Below, in pieces: positions 55,663-64,000 of a stretch of 64,000 nucleotides of DNA (the stretch's first letter is position 1; the number at the start of each line of letters is the position of its first letter). This DNA is from Octopus vulgaris (lineage: Eukaryota), in NCBI GenBank assembly GCA_951406725.2, contig OX597821.1, forward strand, positions 16,182,001-16,246,000, in the 5' to 3' direction. A program made the position numbers and the translations under genes. The notes under the pieces are model-generated. The model saw nothing but the letters and a program-made list of their open reading frames with translations. It searched no databases and was not told the origin of the DNA.

Positions 55663-57360
55663 ATCGGTATGTATGTATGTGTACATTTCTGTATATTACC
55701 TTGTTCTTGTGTTTTCTGTCTTTGGTACCGTCTTCAATGTTTTAATGAACCCTGTTGTTCCAACGTGCCTTATGGTAAATTATATCGTTTTCTATTCATC
55801 CAAAACCCTATAATTACGGTACGTAAAAGGAACACTACGACCACTACTGCTTTTCAAACATACTTTTTCATAAACGCAAATTTGAACTTTCACGCTAGTA
55901 ACAACACAAACACACACACGCACGCGCATACACACACACATTCACACACACACACATTCACACACACACACACAAACACTCATCCACACACATATATATA
56001 CAATATTTTCCTTGTTTGCTTTTCATATACAATTAGTATATTTTTGTATATACCGTATTTCTAGTGTTAAAAGTAGATATCTACGTTACAACGCTTCCTC
56101 GTTTTTACATTTTATCTGGAGTAATTACATAGTTAGCGATTTCTGTTTCATTTGTAACTAAGTGGAAATGACAGCTTTTAGTTTCTCCCTTTCGTCTTAA
56201 TGTTTTGTAAAAATTCGATACAACATTGCAAATAATGAAAAATTCAATCTTGTATGTTTAAGATGACAAAACCTGAAAAAAAATATGCTGCTTTGAACAT
56301 GTGCATTGACATTACATGCCTGCTTCTGTCGTGCCATCTCTCTATGCAAATAAAATATCTAAAAATGGTTATTCTTTCTAGTTAAAATCTATTGTGAACT
56401 TTAAATGAGGATTTCTACTGACAATGAGATTTATAAGTCCAATAAGTTTATCATGAGATTTCTGTCAATAAATGAAACAGTTAAATAAATTTTTGCGAAA
56501 TAATGCTTCCAAATATTTATAAAGATTCATTTTCTTCTCATGGTAATTCATCTCTCTTATAGCAGTAGAAGGGATAACTCTAGTTCCCATTAGTAGCACA
56601 AACTTTTATACATCAAGACAATGTTTAAGGGCTCTAATTTCATAGTCGTGAGTGATATAACTCTATAAATCGACCTTAAACAATAAATGTATTTTGGCAC
56701 ACTACTTTCCGATACCCAAAATGCAAGTTTGCATTTAATACTTTAATAGTATATCAAACATTTTTAATCTGTCTTTTACGGACATGACCCGCTTTAACTA
56801 ACTCAGATCTCTGGAGATGATATTTTACTATTTTTTGTTTTCGACTATTTAAAGAGTCAAGTACAGTTTTATGTTTGTAAATTTGGGGTAGGCCATAAAA
56901 AAGTGTCTTTGTGCATCAGATGTTGTAAATATGATCAAAGCGTTTGTTACTCGAAATTCACGGCACACACACAAACACACACATGCAAGTTAAAGATTTT
57001 GTGCGAGAGAGACAGAGAGAGTGTTTGTGAATGTATGTGTACACGACAGGCTTGTTGCACGCAGTCCTTTTTCCAAATCATACCAAAGAAATCACCGCAT
57101 TAGCCTAGAGGCTTTGTTTGAAAACATTTCTCTGTGGAGTAACGCAGCGATCGATCACATGTTCTCGCGGTTGTGGAGTATGTTTTTCCACCTCACAGCC
57201 AAGCAGACCCCCAAAATATTGACTCATTGATCATTTATGAAATGCGTTCTTCGTGTCATATTTTTCTGGTAATCTTCCTCAAATTTCTTTTCCTGTAGTG
57301 ATAGTGCCATGTTTATTTTACAAACCTCCATTCCTAATTGATATTTGGCCAACTGAGAAG

Positions 57361-57434
<74 letters not shown>

Positions 57435-57445
57435 ACATATATACC

Positions 57446-57493
<48 letters not shown>

Positions 57494-58299
57494 TGAACGT
57501 ATTTATGCATGTATGCACGCATACATCCTTGTATGTATGCATGAACATTGATATGCGTGAGTGTTCGTATATCTGCATAACATTAGCTTTGCAAATCTCT
57601 ATGTTTTGACTTATGTCAGCATGTCTATTGTTATATTCTCCAGACGTTCAGCCTGGAAAATTTTACATATTCCTGCAGTTCCATAAATGTATTGTAATGG
57701 CATTTTCGTAATAAACCTTGACCTTCCATTTTATTGATCTCTTTTATTCATTCAAGCCACGCTGCTCTTGTTTTCTGTATTACGCTTTCATTTTGGCAGA
57801 TGTTTTCTTACTAACATTGCAGCTGTATGATTTAATGTACTAAATGTGTATGGTTTCCATATCAGTGTGACTTCTGGTCTTTCTTTTTCTGGGCCAAATA
57901 TTTATGTGAATTGTTTATAGAGTAGTATTATAACTCCACATCATACCTTGTACCTAGTGACACGAAGGCATTCATACAACATCTTTCTGGTGTAATTGTC
58001 ATCTTTGGTGTTTACGGATACTTAAAGGTTAGGGAGATAATGAAGCAGATGTTAGTTTGGATATATAACCCTAGTTGCCTGATTACACTCTGTAATAGAA
58101 ATTTTATTCATTTGTTGAGGTCTTTCGCCAGTAAGTATCATTTCATATTGGCTTCTATCAAGAAAACAAAGGATATGACTAGTATTTCCTTCACACTTTG
58201 CTTTTCGTGTCCTGGAAATCAACGTTTTGAAACTGACCTATTTTCCATTACATTTCAAACAGATTCAACGATGAGTTACAGAAGCAGATACAATTATAG

Positions 58300-58465
58300 A
58301 AAATATTCTGCTCAGTAGCACAGAATTGCTTCTCAGTTGCTTTACCTTCACCACTTGAGCATGTCTCCTAGGAGTTGACAATAAGTGCATCTCTGATCAT
58401 GAGTAGGAGTAATTGGGGAGCGTTATAACCATGTGTAGAGAAGGTCCCTCTGGGACTTGAATAGA
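58300..58465 (+). mobile_element. Inverted diverged copy of the 15870-16033 repeat
   Basis: GTGCATCTCTGATCATGAGTAGGAG is the reverse complement of the CTCCTGATCGTGATCAGAGATGCAC region. Confidence 0.6.
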
Positions 58466-59176
58466 TGTAACAAAAGCAAACTTCGAAAGAAATATTTGCC
58501 TTTTTTCACACTTTTTAGGGATAAGCAAATAGGAAATAACAGTTGTTACCTAAGGCAAAAATTGTGTTACACAATGTTATTATTAATCTGAATGTTCTTG
58601 ACAACGTTTCTCTAAATGTTTTGATAATGCAGAACAACGCAGATTTTTCGCATGGTATGTATCAATGCAGATCGGGTTATTTTCGAATGATCACTTTTCC
58701 AGTTCACGGAATATTGTTTGCCTACTGAATGAAGAATGTTAGATGGAGACACTGATGAAATTTCACGACTAACAGATGATATTCTTATACATCTTGCACA
58801 TTTTTCAGTCCTGGGACGTCGGCCACACTGGAAAACATCTTTGAAGTGTATTAGCCAAATTCATCGACCACAATACTTATTTTTATTCTGGTACTTATTT
58901 ACATTTCTGGTGGGTACATTTTGCTAAACTGGTAAGCTTCGGGGAAGTAAAGAAGCAAACATCGATGAGAAAGCTGTGTGGAGAAGCAAACACTGACACA
59001 AAGGCGCGCATAAAATATTTTCCAGCATTTTCATTTGTTATGCATATAGCATGCAAATATAACATGTACATACGGATCCGCAATAGAGATGTTCTCCAAG
59101 CAGTCACACATTCGACACATTGTAGATCGTTAGCTCCTACACTCATTGTTTTCTCTCCTTATTTTTTTTCTGTGTA

Positions 59177-59214
59177 TCTTTCTGTCGAAGAGCGTAGGCT
59201 CGAAACGTAAAAGA
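59177..59214 (+). ncRNA. Hammerhead-like motif with variant core (CUGUCGA) at a Penelope-like terminus
   Basis: Stem I UCUUU/AAAGA; CUGUCGA-A; stem II GAGC-GUAG-GCUC; GAAAC-GUA; ~100 bp T-rich tail, then (TA)n. Confidence 0.55.
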
Positions 59215-59308
59215 CTTTTTCTATTTCTATTCCTGAGTGCTATACTAATACATTTGTTTGTTTGTACTCCACCTGCCTTCGCCTTTTGTTTATTTTCATA
59301 ACTTTCCC

Positions 59309-59362
<54 letters not shown>

Positions 59363-59712
59363 AAGTAGTAAATATATGGCACAACGAAGTACCGATATTT
59401 ATTGGAAATAGCGAACGTAATAATACGACGCCAATGTATAGTATTTCATCTTTCAGATGTTCTCCCTGGAGGTAAGACAATTTTTTCTAGTTTGTTGCAC
59501 ACACGCATTTTTGCTAATACATACGCGGTGAAGCTATACATTAGCGTCGTATTTTTACGTTCGCTATTTCCAGTAAATATCGGTACTTCGTTGTGCCATA
59601 TATTTACTACTTTGTGTATTTTTCCCTCACGGGCTATTTTTTACTGGAAAGCAATACTCTAGTGTTGCATTACTAATTTATTGAAGCTTCTTCTGAGATT
59701 TTGTCATGGTAT

Positions 59713-59791
59713 ATGCTTGGCTGATGAAGATAGAACAAGATTATGGGTGGCAGACATATCTTGTAAAATCTGAAACCTGCAGGTCCCACAT
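59713..59791 (+). ncRNA. Type I hammerhead ribozyme motif (tandem unit 2)
   Basis: Stem I UGG/CCA (plus AUG/CAU); core CUGAUGA (59721-27); stem II AGAU..ACAAGAU../..AUCUUGU..AUCU; GAA plus perfect palindrome ACCUGCAGGU plus C; GUC cleavage after 59785. Confidence 0.8.
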
Positions 59792-60142
59792 TATCCTTTT
59801 CCAGGTATTTCATCTTTCAGATGTTCTCCCTGGAGGTAAGACAATTTTTTCTAGTTTGTTGCACACACGCATTTTTGCTAATACATACGCGGTGAAGCTA
59901 TTCATTAGCGTCGTATTATTACGTTCGCTATTTCCAGTAAATATCGGTACTTCGTTGTGCCATATATTTACTACTTTGTGTATTTTTCCCTCACGGGCTA
60001 TTTTTTACTGGAAAGCAATACTCTAGTATTGCATTACTAATTTATTGAAGCTTCTTCACCGTTTTCGTGCTGTTGGCTTTTCGGCGTTTCAGTCGAGTGT
60101 ATTGGCTTTAATGTGGTAATATCTGAGATTTTGTCATGGTAT

Positions 60143-60221
60143 ATGCTTGGCTGATGAAGATAGAAGAAGATTATGGGTGGCAGACATATCTTGTAAAATC
60201 TGAAATCTGCAGGTCCCACAT
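60143..60221 (+). ncRNA. Type I hammerhead ribozyme motif (tandem unit 3)
   Basis: Copy at +430; stem III AUCUGCAGGU keeps pairing via U.G; predicted cleavage after 60215. Confidence 0.75.
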
Positions 60222-60469
60222 TATCCTTTTCCAGGTATTTCATCTTTCAGATGTTCTCCCTAGAGGTAAGACAATTTTTTCTCGTTTGTTGCACACACGC
60301 ATTTTTGCTAATACATACGCGGTGAAGCTATTCATTAGCGTCGTATTATTACGTTCGCTATTTCCAGTAAATATCGGTACTTCGTTGTGCCATATATTTA
60401 CTACTTTGTGTATTTTTCCCTCACGGGCTATTTTTTACTGGAAAGCAATACTCTAGTATTGCATTACTA

Positions 60470-60533
<64 letters not shown>

Positions 60534-60568
60534 ATGTGTGTGTGTGTATGTATATGTATATATATGTA

Positions 60569-60622
<54 letters not shown>

Positions 60623-60637
60623 TATATATATACATAC

Positions 60638-60717
<80 letters not shown>

Positions 60718-60727
60718 TATATAGAAG

Positions 60728-60780
60728 GAGCTTCTACAGGACTAGTACTGTTTCATTCAAGAGAAATCTTCAGGAAGCTC
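60728..60780 (-). ncRNA. Type I hammerhead ribozyme motif isolated between (TA)n tracts
   Basis: Minus: GAGCUUC-CUGAAGA-UUUC UCUU GAAU-GAAACAGUACUAGUCCUGUA-GAAGCUC; perfect 7-bp stem I, near-palindromic stem III, GUA triplet. Confidence 0.75.
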
Positions 60781-61023
60781 AAGCTTTGATATATATATAT
60801 ATATCAAAGAATACCAGATAAGGCACCCATAATAGGATACAACTCACCCGACAAGAACTCACTACTTGAACAAAACTTGACTTAAACAAAACTTGACTGA
60901 AACAGGATTCGAATAATCCTATCAGGTGGTGCTATTAAGTTAGACATGGCCTGGACCAATCTTTGGTCGAAACATATCTAAGTTTATCTAAGTTTATACA
61001 CACACGCACATATATATATATAT

Positions 61024-61063
<40 letters not shown>

Positions 61064-61100
61064 GGATAGAAAGAGATAGATACATACATACATACATACA

Positions 61101-61132
<32 letters not shown>

Positions 61133-63379
61133 GATACATAGATTCAGTAGGGTATATAATACCACTTGCTAAATCAGAGGCAATGCTCCAAAACCACCAG
61201 AAGCTCACGATACAAGATCAATGCAATGAACGTATGAGAAATAGGCTTACTTTGCGTTGAATACATCAGTAAGTAATGTATATTTTAATATCAATTGATT
61301 TCACGGTTTGCATGACAAACATACTCTGAGATTTTTTTTAGTTGAAAATGGCATTTTAACATCTATTTCTAAAAACTTGAAAGCTACAAAATCCACACTC
61401 AAGTTTCTCTCGGCACCGGGTTATATCGGATGACACATACTCATGACTGAATCCCAAAACACGTAGTTGTGATACATGCTTTTAAACCACACACCCATGC
61501 CTTCGCCAGGCCAAGTTCACAACAAGCATATTAGGGAAAACTGAAGCATTGTATGTCCCTAATGTGTTGATGCTTTCTTCCCCTGCGTGTCAAAATCTAT
61601 AACAGTGGATTGGTAGAATCGTTATATGTCTTGCAAACAACTTGCACATACAAGTGCTGCCAGTTAAAAGCTCCGTATATCGGAAGCTAGCAAGTGTATG
61701 GGGTCATCAGGAGAGAATGTGCGCCGTTTCGGGGCCTACCTCTCGACGGCATCGATGCACACCGGCCCCCCTCACTGATATGAGGCCCTACTTGCTAGAT
61801 CAGCTGGTTATGAAGAACTCAATATACTTCTAGCCATCGCTCATCGTCTCTTTTTAACCAAATCCAGTGGCTAGCCTTCTCCACCTAGATTGGATATCAG
61901 TCATGTTGGTATTGACTTTACGATGAGTTAGGCCTAGCGATAACAACAGTCATCTCACGCTGTGTCCTACATACCCTCTACATCCAATAGAATCAGTTTT
62001 GATATTCCTTCCTGCTCTCTGCGTTCTTAATTTAAATTCCACCTTCGTACTCCTTTCGGATTCGATAAATCCAGTAATGAAGTCAACTCATTTCTCTCAT
62101 TCTCTCTCTCCCTCCCTCCCGTTCTCAGACTAACTTACTCTCTTTCTCTTTTTCTCTCTCTCTCTCTCTCTTTTTGTCTGTATGTTACTCTGTTTGTCTC
62201 ACCCTCTCGTTGTTGTTAAAATAAGTAAAAGCTTTCTCTTCATGCAACTTATGCATTCCCTAGTGTTAACATTAACATAGATTGTTTTAAAACTCTATAA
62301 CTAAACATTAATATTGAATGTGATATAGCAATATTCCTGAAATGTAATGAATGATGAGAAACGAACAGAAGGGAAATTGCACTACTTTGTAACAAAGGTA
62401 AAAGTGTTTGTCTGTTTAATAAAAGTAGCAATAAATCATGTTTCGTAACAACTGTATCATTTAATAGAGCATCACTAAAGTAAATTTTGCTATTACTGCC
62501 CAGAAAAGAAAAACATCCATTATATTTGAAATTGTCTGTCTGAAAACACAAAACTAAAAACGATGAAATGCATCTCGTCAAATCACGGTGCATTTTTGAG
62601 AAATATGATCGGGCAAGCAGATAGAACCGATGTCCAAGAAAAGTTACAGAACATTGTTTGCTATCATTATTTTTTTTAATCTGATATTCTATGTTTAACT
62701 TTCATTTGTCCTCTATATTTGCCAAACTAATCGATTTCATTATATGGATGTTTGCATTGTTATTGTTAACGAGTAAGAAACAATAATCGTTGGTTAAGAA
62801 CCATGAAAGTTGGAATTTACTCTTGATAAAATATCTGTACATCTCATAATATTTTCAAGCAATGTCTTGTTTCTTATTCCCTTTAGCCATGAAATGAAAT
62901 ACATTTAATCATGTTTCATTTTGGAATTAGATATTATGTAATATACTTATTACGCCATCATGATAGACTAATATTATGTAAAGACAGAATATATTCACAA
63001 GAGATATTGTTTGGTGTTCAGTTTAGAAAAAGATAAATAGATTGTCACATTTTGTTACCTCAGTTCAGGACATTCAAGTATCCCAATAAACATTTCTTAT
63101 ATGATGTTAATATATAAGTCAACAACTTACAATGGTTCTTTCTTGAAATATTGATTTTGTTATTTAAAACGAAAGTAAATAATTTTGTGATTAAAAACTG
63201 GTCGAATGAAACAGCCATCTATATTATGATAACTTCTTTTATGATGAGAGAAAGAAGTGTTATCCTCAGGCAATTTGTCACAGTAGTTTTTACGCACACA
63301 CACGCATTCTCTCTCTGGCACACACACATGCACGGACGTCAACACAAACACATATATATGTATGAGTGTATACACACAC

Positions 63380-63445
<66 letters not shown>

Positions 63446-63470
63446 TTGTATATATAAATGCATGTGTGCG

Positions 63471-63513
<43 letters not shown>

Positions 63514-64000
63514 GGTGTGTGTGTGAGATAGATAGATAGATAGATAGATATCGGCGGCTTCGTTTTTTATATAGAAAGGTATTTTAAATATGATGCGAAA
63601 CATTTCATTGCTTTGGTTTGCACAAATATCCGTCTTCAGAGTAGTTGCAAATGTCAATGCATCATTAAAAGAATAGATAGGTTTTCATTTTAACATGTCA
63701 AACTGCGTAACATCTGCAATTATAAACCCTGCAAATATGTCTGTGTATTGTGCGAGGAAAATGCGTTATAAATAAATTGTAGTTAGTTACGAGTACTATT
63801 TGCAACTATTGGTAATATGACATTTTAGTCAAAGGAGCAGTGTCGATCGACTTAATCCGGTTGAGCTCGGTGATGATGATGCCATCTTTTTAATCTGTGT
63901 AGAATAATATAGATTAAGGTCCGCACTGAAGGTTTAGAATTGCAGTGTCAGAATGATTAGAAGGCAGTGAATCCGTCATTGACGACGAAGACGTTTCGAA

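Larger units (their letters stand above)
59359..60473 (+). mobile_element. HHR-containing 430-bp tandem repeat (retrozyme / Penelope pLTR-like) with 5' inversion, between (TA)n tracts
   Basis: Inverted 59359-59441 equals the reverse complement of 59534-59615; truncated unit 59441-59693; full unit 59692-60121; partial unit 60122-60473. Confidence 0.85.

Noticed and set aside
59441-59477. Apparent 15-nt microexon (tttcag|ATGTTCTCCCTGGAG|gtaaga), triplicated
   Set aside because: It lies inside the HHR tandem repeat unit, no host gene context is visible, and the third copy changes TGG to TAG; only spliced reads could revive it.
60940-60981. HHR-like geometry UUAGA..GACCAA-UCU-UUGGUC-GAAAC-AUA-UCUAA
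   Set aside because: The stems fit, but the core reads CAUGGCCUG instead of CUGANGA; at best a decayed motif.
63590-63645. Minus-strand CUGAAGA...GAAA (similar partial hits at 12371, 30638 and 58752)
   Set aside because: No convincing stem I or stem II pairing, or the GAAA element is missing.

Overview
AT-rich, non-coding eukaryotic DNA. Its repeat repertoire (two dominant tRNA-derived SINE families, dense (TA)n/(CA)n/(ATT)n microsatellites) looks like an octopus or other coleoid cephalopod; this is pattern recognition, not a database result. I found no credible host protein-coding exon, and almost all supplied ORFs are microsatellite translations. The window is a mosaic of SINEs, decayed LINEs (RTE, CR1/L2-like, R4/Dong-like, L1/Tx1-like), Helitron-like elements and MITEs. 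The most notable signal lies between 41 and 61 kb: eight hand-folded type I hammerhead-ribozyme (HHR) motifs from about six unrelated sequence families, most lodged in or beside (TA)n tracts. They include (i) a 430-bp tandem repeat with one HHR per unit, a retrozyme / Penelope pLTR-like layout predicting a 430-nt self-excised, circularisable RNA, and (ii) a ~1-kb, ~99% perfect palindrome whose arms each carry an outward-facing HHR. Several local fold-back duplications are centred on (TA)n tracts. All folds and alignments were done by eye, and repeat boundaries are approximate.
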